DNA of 64,000 nucleotides from an uncultured Planctomycetaceae bacterium. Lineage in GTDB: Bacteria > Planctomycetota > Planctomycetia > Pirellulales > PALSA-1355. The notes under the pieces are model-generated. The model was not told the DNA's origin. It ran no database searches and worked only from the letters and a program-made list of their open reading frames with translations. Within the stretch, counting starts at the first letter, position 1, and every line of letters starts with the position of its first letter. The stretch is taken from contig CAWAUV010000008.1 of the NCBI GenBank assembly GCA_963785305.1, positions 192,001-256,000 of the forward strand. The letters are read 5' to 3'. This document shows positions 11,048-20,228 of the stretch, one piece after another. The position numbers and the translations under genes were made by a program.

Positions 11048-12064
11048 TCACTTCGAATCGATTCCGACGCTTAGCATCGCCTTGGCCCGAATCTTGGGCG
11101 GAACCGGATAAAATCCTTCCTTGATCACGTCTTCCTGTCCTTGGCGGCTATACACGTACTTGATGAACTCGCGCTTCAAGGGGTCCAGCGTGCTGCCCGG
11201 CCGATAATTTACGCTGAGTAGCAGAAACCGCGACAGGGGGTATTTGCCACTCAGGCCATTTTCAATATCGGGCGCCACGAACGCGCCGGTTTTATCGGCC
11301 AAGGGCACCGCCCGGGCATCGGCCGACTTATACCCGATGCCGCTGTAGCCGATGCTATAACGATCGTTGGCCACGCCCTGCACGACCGCGGAACTGCCAG
11401 GCTGCTCTTTGACGGAATCCTTGAAATCGCCTTTCTTGAGCACATGGTCTTTGAAGTAAGTATAGGTGCCCGAGGCGGCGTTGCGGCTATAGAGGCTGAT
11501 CGGGCGTTGGGCCCATTCGCCCTTGAGTCCCAGGTCGCCCCAGGTGCGAATGTCGTTTTTCGCGCCGCGGTTGCGAGCCGTCGAGTAAATCGCGTCGAGC
11601 TGTTCGAGCGTCAGCCCTTCGATCGGATTGTCCTTATGAACATACACCGCGAGCACATCGACCGCCACCTTGAGTTGAGTCGGCTTGTAGCCAAATTTGC
11701 GATCGAAGGCCGAAATCTCGTCGGCGCTCACATCGCGGCTCATCGGGCCGAAGTCGACGGCGCCTTCGATCAGCGCGGGAATCGCCGTGTTCGAGCCTTT
11801 GCCTTCGATGCCCGGCTGCACCGACGGATAAAACCGGCGAAAACCCTCGGCCCATGCCGTCGCGACATTGACCATTGTGTCGGAGCCGGCCATTTTCAGC
11901 GAACCGCTCACGCCCGAGGTTCGCTGATAGGCGGGTAGCGAAGGGTCGACCGTGATCACGCCGCCGCTAGGCGGAGCGGCCGAGGCCCACGAACCGGCGA
12001 GGAACACCATCGCCGAGAGGAGCGCGCGCGGGGTTAGGCGATGGAATCTCGAAATCGTGCGCAT
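11048..12064 (-). CDS. pstS: phosphate ABC transporter substrate-binding protein PstS (alternative GTG start at 12103)
   Basis: Signal peptide; AGSDTM, EGKGSNTA, SRNAASGTYTYFK, YPLSR motifs; first gene of the pst operon. Confidence 0.93.
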   Translation of the reverse strand: MRTISRFHRLTPRALLSAMVFLAGSWASAAPPSGGVITVDPSLPAYQRTSGVSGSLKMAGSDTMVNVATAWAEGFRRFYPSVQPGIEGKGSNTAIPALIEGAVDFGPMSRDVSADEISAFDRKFGYKPTQLKVAVDVLAVYVHKDNPIEGLTLEQLDAIYSTARNRGAKNDIRTWGDLGLKGEWAQRPISLYSRNAASGTYTYFKDHVLKKGDFKDSVKEQPGSSAVVQGVANDRYSIGYSGIGYKSADARAVPLADKTGAFVAPDIENGLSGKYPLSRFLLLSVNYRPGSTLDPLKREFIKYVYSRQGQEDVIKEGFYPVPPKIRAKAMLSVGIDSK

Positions 12065-12122
12065 CAAACGGTTGCTTTCATCGAAAAGTGATCTCGGCGC
12101 CACATCGGTCGACAGCGCCGAT

Positions 12123-12156
12123 AATCTAGCCGATGTTGATTAGAATTTCGTGAGGC
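12123..12156 (-). promoter_or_regulatory. putative Pho-box-like site plus -10 element upstream of pstS
   Basis: Minus strand reads GCCTCAC-GAAA-TTCTAAT (12156-12139), then 10 bp, then TAGATT (12128-12123). The spacing matches E. coli Pho promoters, but the half-sites match CTGTCAY only about 4/7. Confidence 0.35.
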
Positions 12157-12429
12157 GCCAGTGGGTTCCCCGTTAACATGGGGGGCGTCCGCCGGGCGCG
12201 ACATTCCTACGGGCGACACAACTCACTAAGCCACAATCGCTTACCGCGAGTCCACGCCACGCGAGCCGATCGCGTTCGTTGCCGTGGCCCCCGGCTCGGA
12301 ATAGACTGACTCCCTGACATTCCGGGCAAATTCACCCGAGTCGCGCCGCTCGGGCTGGGGCCCTCGGGCCGACGTTTTACTCTTTGTACTCTTTCCTTTA
12401 CCGACCTCGGATCGCGAAGACTTTTTTCC

Positions 12430-13548
12430 ATGACTCGAATCGTGCTCGCCATGTCCGGAGGCGTCGACAGCAGTGTCGCCGCGGCGCTGCTGCGCGAAGC
12501 GGGCCACGAAGTGATCGGCGTATTCATGCGCCACGGCGAAACTACGGCCAGCGCCTGCTCCCTTCCTTCCGCCGTCGACCCCGCGACTCCGCGCCGCGCC
12601 GCGCTGCCGATCGCCACCCATAAGCAAGGCTGCTGCGGCGCGAGCGACGCCGACGACGCGCGGCGTGTCGCCGCCAAGCTCGATATTCCATTCTACGCGA
12701 TCGATTTTCAAGCCGAGTTCACGCGAATCATCGATTACTTTATCGCCGAATACACCGCTGCTCGCACTCCGAATCCGTGCGTGGTGTGCAACAATTGGTT
12801 GAAGTTCGGCCGGCTGGTGGAATATGCCGACAGCGTGGGCGCCGCGTTTGTCGCCACCGGGCACTATGCCCGAGTTGTGCCGGGCAGCGAAGGGCCGACA
12901 CTCCGCCGCGGCGTCGACGAAGGCAAGGATCAATCGTATGTGCTCTTTGGGCTCGAGCGGCGGTTGCTCGAGCGGATGCTCTTGCCGGTGGGCGACTTTT
13001 GCAAGACCGAGATTCGGCGCCGGGCCGGCGAGTTGGGGCTGCGCGTGGCGGAGAAGCCCGACAGTCAGGAAATCTGCTTCGTGCCCGGCGGCGATCATGC
13101 CGCGTTTATCCATGCTCGACGTGGTCCCTCGGAGCGTGGCGAGATCGTCACCACGAGCGGTGAAGTCGTGGGCCATCACGACGGCATCGAGCGGTTCACC
13201 ATCGGCCAGCGCAAGGGGCTCGGCGTCGCGTTTGGCGAGCCGCGATTCGTGGTGCGGCTCGAAGTCGAATCGCGCCGCGTGGTGATCGGCGAGCGGAGCG
13301 AACTGGCCCGCCGCGAGCTCACCGCCGGCCGGGCCAACTGGCTGATCGCTCCTCCGACCACGCCGCGGCGCTGCTGGGCCAAGATTCGTTACAACAGCCG
13401 GCCAGCCGAGGCAATCGTGGAAACACTGCCCGGCGATCGCTTGCGAGTCGTGTTCGACGAACCTCGCTTGGGCGTGGCGCCGGGGCAAGCGGTGGTATGC
13501 TACGACGGCGATCAGGTGCTGGGCGGCGGATGGATCGAATCGGAATAA
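12430..13548 (+). CDS. mnmA: tRNA 2-thiouridine(34) synthase MnmA
   Basis: AMSGGVDSSVAA, RTPNPCVVCNNWLKFG, ATGHYA, KDQSYVL, KPDSQEICF, FTIGQRKGLG, APGQAVV. Confidence 0.97.
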   Translation: MTRIVLAMSGGVDSSVAAALLREAGHEVIGVFMRHGETTASACSLPSAVDPATPRRAALPIATHKQGCCGASDADDARRVAAKLDIPFYAIDFQAEFTRIIDYFIAEYTAARTPNPCVVCNNWLKFGRLVEYADSVGAAFVATGHYARVVPGSEGPTLRRGVDEGKDQSYVLFGLERRLLERMLLPVGDFCKTEIRRRAGELGLRVAEKPDSQEICFVPGGDHAAFIHARRGPSERGEIVTTSGEVVGHHDGIERFTIGQRKGLGVAFGEPRFVVRLEVESRRVVIGERSELARRELTAGRANWLIAPPTTPRRCWAKIRYNSRPAEAIVETLPGDRLRVVFDEPRLGVAPGQAVVCYDGDQVLGGGWIESE

Positions 13549-14800
13549 ATGGCCATGCGCGTGTTTGAAAATTGGCTTCCGATACTCCTGGCCGCCGCCC
13601 CGAAGGCGACGCCGGAACAGCCGCAAATCGTCAAAGCGGCCGACGAAATCGCGCACCGCTGGGCCTGGCTCGATCGGGAGGTGATCGCCGGCAATCAAGT
13701 GTGGCGCTTGCTCGGCCTGGCCACGATGCTGCTGCTCGGTCTCATGATCAGCGGGCGCTGGCCCAAGTGCTTGGTGATTTGGCCGAGCGGCTGACTCGCA
13801 TGCGGCGTCCGTTGCTCGCGGCGGCGGCCAAGGCCAGCGGCGCTTCGGTCGGTTGGCTCGTGGCGGCCGTGGGTCTGAAGCTCGGTGTCGAGTTTCTTAA
13901 AATCCCGCAGTTCGAAAATTGGCAGTTCGAGGATTGGATTGCCCGAGTCACGAATGTGCTGCTGGCGGTGGCCGCGGGCTATGTGTTTTATCGGCTGGTC
14001 GATGTGATCGACGCCTGGGTCTTTCGCATCAATGAAAAGAACCCCAGCCGGCTCGACGACATGCTCACCACGCTGCTGCGGGCCAGCATGCGCCGGCGAT
14101 TTTCGTGCTCGTGCTCATTCAAGTGATGATGCTCTGGAGCGACAAACCGGCGGCGAGCATCGTGGCGGGGCTGGGAGTCGGAGGGCTGGCGATCGGCTTG
14201 GCGGCCCAGGATTCGATCAAAAACATCTTCGGCTCGCTGATGATCTTTAGCGATCGTCCGTTCGAGCTCGGCGATGATATCATGATCGACACGCTGCGCG
14301 GCAACGTGGAGCGCGTCGGCTTGAGATCGACCCGGCTGCGCACCACCGACGGTTTTCTCATCACGATGCCCAACAGCGACTTGGCGACCAAGAGCATCGT
14401 GAATGTGAGCAAGCGGCGCTCGATCGTGCGGAATCTGAATTTGCCGCTCAGCTACGCCATGGGACCGGAGAAGATCGAACGGGCCGCGGCGATCGTCACC
14501 GAAATCCTGGCCGATCGCAAGGAGTTGCCGCCGCTCGCGCCGGCCACGGTATCGATCTCCGATCTCACGGCCACGGCGGTGACGCTCAATGTGAACTATC
14601 AAGTCATGCCGCCGATTTGGGACGGCTATGTGAAATTCAATCAATGGGTGCATCTCGAAATTCTACGGCGATTTCGCGATGAAAACATCCAGTTGGCCTA
14701 CCCGACCCAAACCATCGAGCTCCGCTCGCTGGACGAGCAAAATCGCGAATCGCCGATCGGCGAGGTCGAAAACAAGCCGCCGGGCGGCGAAACGACCTGA
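13549..14800 (+). CDS. small-conductance mechanosensitive channel (MscS family); about 2 frameshifts
   Basis: ORFs 13549-13794, 13572-14126 and 14105-14800; AGLGVGGLAIGLAAQDSIKNIFGSLMIFSDRPFELGD, VERVGLRSTRLRT, LAYPTQ. Confidence 0.85.
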
Positions 14801-14936
14801 ATCGCGGCCCGGGGACCGTTGGCCGTAAATTGCCGCGAATTTCCTCGGTCGCTCTCGTTTGCCGCCGATTCGTGTTATGCTGATTCCAAACGAATTTCGG
14901 CCGTCGCCGATAGCCGCTCCTGGGAGTTTTTTCGCC

Positions 14937-15968
14937 ATGCTTGTCACCGTGTCCCCGCTGCTCGCCGCCGATGCGTCGAACGCTTCGATCGGCAGTCTGT
15001 TGATGTTGCTGGCGATCATCGCGCTGGTTCTTTTGCTCTTCGTGGGCGTGATCGTGATGCTCAATTTCGGCAGCCTCTGGGTGCAGGCCTATATGTCCAA
15101 CGCCCGCATTCGCATGCATCAGATCATCGGCATGAGTTTGCGGCAGGTGGTTCCGCGCGTGATCGTGCAGGCCAAGATCATGGCGATGCAGGCCGGAGTC
15201 GGTGGCGACGAACACACCGGCATCACCACCCGGCGGCTCGAAGCCCATTACTTGGCCGGCGGCAATGTGCCGAATGTGATCAATGCGATCATCGCGGCCC
15301 ACCGGGCCGATATCGATCTCGACTTCGACCGCGCCGCCGCCATCGACTTGGCCGGCCGCGATGTGCTCGAGGCGGTGCGAACGAGCGTGTACCCCAAGGT
15401 GATCGACTGCCCCGACCCAAACAGCTCCAAGAAGTCGACGCTGAGCGCCGTCGCGCGCAACGGTGTCGAGCTGCGCGTGAATGCCCGAGTCACGGTGCGC
15501 ACGAATCTCTCGCAATTGATCGGCGGGGCAACCGAGGAGACGATCATTGCCCGCGTGGGCGAGGGGATCATCACCTCGATCGGCTCGGCCGAAAATCATT
15601 TCGTGGTCATGGAAAACCCGGAGCGGATTTCCAAAGCGGTGCTCGAACGCGGGCTCGATGCCCACACCGCGTTTGAAATTGTTTCGATCGACATCGCCGA
15701 TATCGTGATCGGCGAGAATATCGGCGCCCGACTGCAAGTCGACCAAGCCGAGGCCAATACCCGCGTGGCCGGAGCGAGCGCCGAGGGCCGCCGAGCCAAC
15801 GCGATCGCTCGCGAGCAGGAAATGCGAGCGCGCACCGCCGAGAACCGTGCCCGACTGATCCAGGCCGAAGCCGAGATTCCGATGGCGATGGCAGCGGCGA
15901 TTCGCGACGGCCATTTCTACCATGCTGGCCGCGGCGACCTCAATGGCGCTAGCAAGCCCAGTGGCTGA
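14937..15968 (+). CDS. floA: flotillin-like protein FloA (YqfA family)
   Basis: LEAHYLAGGNV, AAAIDLAGRDVLEAVRTSVYPKVID, GGATEETIIARVGEGI, AFEIVSIDIADI, EQEMRA. Confidence 0.92.
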   Translation: MLVTVSPLLAADASNASIGSLLMLLAIIALVLLLFVGVIVMLNFGSLWVQAYMSNARIRMHQIIGMSLRQVVPRVIVQAKIMAMQAGVGGDEHTGITTRRLEAHYLAGGNVPNVINAIIAAHRADIDLDFDRAAAIDLAGRDVLEAVRTSVYPKVIDCPDPNSSKKSTLSAVARNGVELRVNARVTVRTNLSQLIGGATEETIIARVGEGIITSIGSAENHFVVMENPERISKAVLERGLDAHTAFEIVSIDIADIVIGENIGARLQVDQAEANTRVAGASAEGRRANAIAREQEMRARTAENRARLIQAEAEIPMAMAAAIRDGHFYHAGRGDLNGASKPSG

Positions 15969-16022
15969 AGCCCAGTGGCTGAAGCCGATCCGCGACCGGT
16001 TCCAGCCCAAGCGTCCTCCCCG

Positions 16023-16146
16023 CAAGCCTGGAGCGGGAGCGAAGTCGTTGACAAAAGGCCGCCATCCATCGCGCCGGCTCGTCTCAATCGCATAGACTTG
16101 CAGCGCGAACGAAACTATTCCCCGTCGCTGGCGCTCCGGGCTTGTG
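16023..16146. repeat. REP-like inverted pair (family A) between convergent floA and mscS
   Basis: CAAGCCTGGAGCGGGAGCGA at about 16023 and TCGCTGGCGCTCCGGGCTTG at about 16125; same family as the copies at 25584 and 59424. Confidence 0.55.
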
Positions 16147-16259
16147 TTGCCATGCGCGGACCGAGGCGAGCGATGTCCGAGGGATGCGAATGCCCGCGTG
16201 GTAACGCCGCCCGCGAATTCACGAAGCGGATTGGCGATCGCCGGTGGGCTGGCCGTTGA

Positions 16260-17291
16260 TCATAGCCGATTGGGGCGACGTGGTTTTGTCGCGAGCGGCA
16301 GCTCGATCGCACTCGAATTCGCGCGGATCTCGAGTGGCGGCAGGCCCACGATTTCGAAAGTCGACGAGGCGACACGGATACCGGCGGCGCGGATTGCCGC
16401 CAAGATATCGCGGCTCATGGCGTCTTTCAGATCGCGAATTCCGCGCTCCTCGACCACGAACCGCACCGTGAGCTCGACCCAGTTGTCGGTCAGGCGAAAG
16501 TAGACTTTTGGGCTCAAATCGGCGTTTTTCATGAAGTAGCGTCGCCGCAATTGCCCGAGCGCTTGTTCGCCGATGTGTTCGATGTCCACCGTGTGGCGAC
16601 GAGCGACCTCGAGCAAAATTTTCTCGGCCCGCGGATGATCGGCCGCATAGGCGATCGGCAGCCGCATTTCTTCCCAGAGATATGGAAAGTCGCGGGTATA
16701 GTTGTAAACCGGCTCCTCGAAAATCTTGGCGTTCGACACCGTGATGATGCGGCCTGAGTATTGGCGGGCCTCGACCCAAATCGCCGGATCGTCGGCCTGC
16801 ACTTCGGGCGGTTTTCCCATTTCCATGATCGTGGTTTGGATGAATCCAATGGCCACCACATCACCGCGCACGGTACCCATCGTGATTCGGTCGCCGACAT
16901 TGAATGTCTTGCCTTGCAAAAGCACCAAGTAGCCCGCCACGGCCATGATGACTCGCTGCAGGGCAAAGGCGAGGCCGGCAGTGACGAGCCCGAGCGCGGT
17001 TGCGAGCCGCGAGGGGTCGTCGAACCAGATCGAGGCGAATCCGAGCACCAGCAAAATGGTCGTGGCAAGCCGGCCGATTTGCTGAGCCCAAAAGTGCGAT
17101 CTTAGAGCATCCCATCGGCGAAGCGGAATGGACGCCAATCCGCGCACGCTCCGGCCCAGCAGCAGCGCCACGACAATGAAGCCCAACGTGAAGAGGAGCT
17201 TCAGGCCGTTCTCGGCGTTCACTCCCACGAGCTTGACGCCGAAAAGCTCCAAAGCGCGATTCGGTCCGACAAGTCGCACGAAGTCGTCCAT
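16260..17291 (-). CDS. MscS-family mechanosensitive channel
   Basis: ATALGLVTAGLAFALQ, FNVGDRITMGTVRGDV, QYSGRIITVSNAKIFEEPVYNY. Confidence 0.9.
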   Translation of the reverse strand: MDDFVRLVGPNRALELFGVKLVGVNAENGLKLLFTLGFIVVALLLGRSVRGLASIPLRRWDALRSHFWAQQIGRLATTILLVLGFASIWFDDPSRLATALGLVTAGLAFALQRVIMAVAGYLVLLQGKTFNVGDRITMGTVRGDVVAIGFIQTTIMEMGKPPEVQADDPAIWVEARQYSGRIITVSNAKIFEEPVYNYTRDFPYLWEEMRLPIAYAADHPRAEKILLEVARRHTVDIEHIGEQALGQLRRRYFMKNADLSPKVYFRLTDNWVELTVRFVVEERGIRDLKDAMSRDILAAIRAAGIRVASSTFEIVGLPPLEIRANSSAIELPLATKPRRPNRL

Positions 17292-17337
17292 GGATCGCTG
17301 ATCCCTTGTCGTGAAAAATCCAGACCGCGCGACGAGG

Positions 17338-18030
17338 CTACATCGGCTCCTTGATGCCCGCCCGCAGCAACCACCAGTTGATCGGATAGCTGGTCAAAAA
17401 CCCGGCGAGCATCGCAAGCTGCATCAGGAACCAGAATACGGGGCTCGTCTTCGGGATCTCGGCGCCGAAGACGACAAAAACCATCAAGGCCATAAAACCA
17501 TACATGCCGACTTGCCAAGCCGCCAGGGAGAGCGAATCGGCCTTGAGCGCCGCGGCGAGGCCCTGGGCCGGAGAGAGCTTCCGCATGGGCACGATGGTGA
17601 AATATTGAAACGCGACGCCGAAGATATAGGCCAGCACGAAGTCGACCACCCAGGCGGCAAACAGGCGATGGCCAAACAAACTCATGGGCCAGAAAAACAG
17701 CAGCCATTCGCCCAAGATGTCGGCCAGCGTGCATCCGGCGCCACAATGCGTCGTGGCAAGCGCGGCCGTTTGCCAGAAGGGGCGCGTCTTGGCCGGCATC
17801 GGCCGGCCTTCGCTCTTGAGGCGGCGCATTGCGCCGCGCGTGGTTTCGCGTCCCAAGCGAAAATAGACCGCCAAGCCGATCAGGCCGCCATAAAGGGCCG
17901 TAATCGGCCACACAAGGTTCATCACCCCCATGTGTTGTGGGCCGCGGACGACATCGACCAACACCACCACCGCGCTCATGAGCGCTACCACAAGGAGGAC
18001 CGCGGCGACGATAGTTAGTGGTTCTGGCAT
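17338..18030 (-). CDS. DUF4396-family membrane protein
   Basis: MNLVWPITALY, HCGAGCTLADI, FQYFTIVPMR, AWQVGMYGFM, FLTSYPINWWLLRAGIKEPM. Confidence 0.82.
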   Translation of the reverse strand: MPEPLTIVAAVLLVVALMSAVVVLVDVVRGPQHMGVMNLVWPITALYGGLIGLAVYFRLGRETTRGAMRRLKSEGRPMPAKTRPFWQTAALATTHCGAGCTLADILGEWLLFFWPMSLFGHRLFAAWVVDFVLAYIFGVAFQYFTIVPMRKLSPAQGLAAALKADSLSLAAWQVGMYGFMALMVFVVFGAEIPKTSPVFWFLMQLAMLAGFLTSYPINWWLLRAGIKEPM

Positions 18031-18046
18031 GCGTGTTTCGCGGCGT

Positions 18047-19801
18047 TCACACCACTTCCCGCACTCGGTCGGCAAGCACCGTTTTGATGATCGACTTGCT
18101 GTACTTCTCGCCGCGCACCAGCGCTTTGGCGAAGTGCCAGGCTTGATCGAGCGTGGCGTGGCCAGGCATCGCTGGTTCGTTTGGATCGACCACCGCTTCG
18201 ATGAGCGCCGGCCCGGGATAGGCAAACGCCTCGGCGAGTGTTTGGTCGACTTTGAGTGGATCGTCGACGGAAAAACCGCCCGCTCCGCAAGCCCGCGCAT
18301 AAGCCGCGAAGTCGATCGGCTCAAGGTCGACGCCGAACTCTGGATTGCCTTCGAACACCATCTGCTCCCATTTGATTTGGCCGAGCGTGTTGTTCTTGAT
18401 GACAATCACCTTGACGGGCAGGCGATGCTTCACGAGCGTGGCGATTTCGCCGAGCATCATCGTGAGCCCGCCGTCGCCCACGACCGCCACGACTTGCCGG
18501 CCGGGATAGGCGATCGCCGCGCCGATCGCATAGGGCAACCCATTGCCCATCGTGGCCAGCAGTCCCGAGGCGGAAAACAACATATCGTCGCGCATATCGA
18601 TATACCGCGCGCACCATGTGGTCACCGTGCCGCAATCGCTGGCCACAATCGCGTTTGAGCTGAGAAAACGATTGAGCGCGTGGGCGACCACCTGAGGCTT
18701 GAGCGGCTTGTCGGTCCGGTTGGCGCGGGCCATGAGCAGTTCGCGCCATTGGCGCATGTTTTTCTGGGCCGTTTCCAGGAACGAACGATCCGATTTGCGT
18801 TCGACCAGCGGAAGCAAGGCTTCGAGCACTTCGCGGCAATTGCCCGCGAGTCCCACGTCGACCGGATGCCGCAGGCCGATTCGGGCGGCGTCGAGATCGA
18901 TCTGCACGCATTTGTCCTGGCCCGGCTTGGGGTAAAACTCCATGTAGGGAAAGCTACTGCCAATGATGATCAGGGTGTCGCAGCCTCGCATCGCGTCTTG
19001 CGAGGGCGCGGTGCCCAAGAGGCCGAGTCCGCCGGTCGTATAGGGGCTATCGTCGGGCAACACCGCCTTGCCGAGCAATGCCTTGGCGACCGGCGCCGCG
19101 GCTTTCTCGGCCAATTCGACGAGTAGATCGCGACAGCCAATCGCTCCCCGGCCGGCCAAGATCGCGACCTTCTTGCCGCGATTGATAAGGTCGGCCGCGG
19201 CTTGCATATCGCCGCGCGGCGGCGCCAGGGGTGTGAGAGCCGCGCGATCCGCGCTATGGCCCGGAATGTTTGCCTTGGAATTGGGAAAATCGGAGACCTT
19301 CCAATCCTGAATGTCCTTGGGGATGCATAAATGCGCCACGCCGCGGCGGAACATGGCGGTGCGAATCGCTTCGTCGACCGCGTTGCAAACATGCGCGGGC
19401 CCCGTGATTCGCTCGTTGTACACGGCCACGTCGGCATAGACTTTCGTCAAATCGACGTCCTGTTGGTAATGGGTGCCGATCAAATCGTGAAACGTGTGGC
19501 CGGTAATGGCGAGCACCGGTTGGCCGTCGCATTTGGCGTCGTAGAGCCCGTTGAGCAGGTGGATGCCGCCGGGGCCCGAGGTGGCCATGCACACTCCGAG
19601 GCGGCCAGTGAACTTGGCATAGCCGCAGGCGGCAAAGGCGGCGGCTTCTTCATGCCGCACCTGCACGAACTTGATTTTGTCTTGCCGCGTGCGCAGCGAC
19701 TCGAAGATACCGTTGATTCCATCGCCGGGAAATCCAAAGATCGTGTCAACCTTCCAGTCGATCAAGCGATCGATCAGCAAATCAGCCGCGGTGGTTCCCA
19801 T
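18047..19801 (-). CDS. TPP-dependent pyruvate oxidase/dehydrogenase (PoxB-like)
   Basis: GFPGDGINGI, VRHEEAAAFAA, SGPGGIHLLNGLYDAK, TPP motif GDGG...KNN; RBS-like AGGGAG upstream. Confidence 0.9.
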   Translation of the reverse strand: MGTTAADLLIDRLIDWKVDTIFGFPGDGINGIFESLRTRQDKIKFVQVRHEEAAAFAACGYAKFTGRLGVCMATSGPGGIHLLNGLYDAKCDGQPVLAITGHTFHDLIGTHYQQDVDLTKVYADVAVYNERITGPAHVCNAVDEAIRTAMFRRGVAHLCIPKDIQDWKVSDFPNSKANIPGHSADRAALTPLAPPRGDMQAAADLINRGKKVAILAGRGAIGCRDLLVELAEKAAAPVAKALLGKAVLPDDSPYTTGGLGLLGTAPSQDAMRGCDTLIIIGSSFPYMEFYPKPGQDKCVQIDLDAARIGLRHPVDVGLAGNCREVLEALLPLVERKSDRSFLETAQKNMRQWRELLMARANRTDKPLKPQVVAHALNRFLSSNAIVASDCGTVTTWCARYIDMRDDMLFSASGLLATMGNGLPYAIGAAIAYPGRQVVAVVGDGGLTMMLGEIATLVKHRLPVKVIVIKNNTLGQIKWEQMVFEGNPEFGVDLEPIDFAAYARACGAGGFSVDDPLKVDQTLAEAFAYPGPALIEAVVDPNEPAMPGHATLDQAWHFAKALVRGEKYSKSIIKTVLADRVREVV

Positions 19802-20228
19802 CGTGCAATCTCCCTTTGGACGCCTTGGCCGGTGTGGAAAAACGATGCGGCGAATTCGCCGACAACTTTGGGCGGCGAGTGGTTCGCGAGCGTTTTGCGG
19901 GGTGCATTTCCCATGCCGCGCTCGCGCCGAGCGGCTCGCGGATCGCCAGCGGGCGACGCATTCCATGTGAATGCGAAGGTGAAAGATACGTCGCGTATTT
20001 CCATGCGCTACCTCTCTCGTGGCGCATCGATGCGCAGTGTGAGCGCGAAAGCGCCACCCGCATCGCCCAGCGCGAAGAGCTTTTCGCTTCGGAACGATTG
20101 ATTGCGGGTTGCTAACAAGCTGGCATGCTTTCCAAATTGTTATACGCCGCGCCGAGGCATGTGAAGTGCTCCCTTCAAGTTGGGTCTCCTTGGTTTATCC
20201 AAAACATTTTCGAGAAGGAATCCCCGCC

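Noticed and set aside
15954..15985. 14-bp tandem duplication AAGCCCAGTGGCTG at the floA stop
   Set aside because: Only about 2.3 units with no spacers; local slippage or an assembly artefact, not an array
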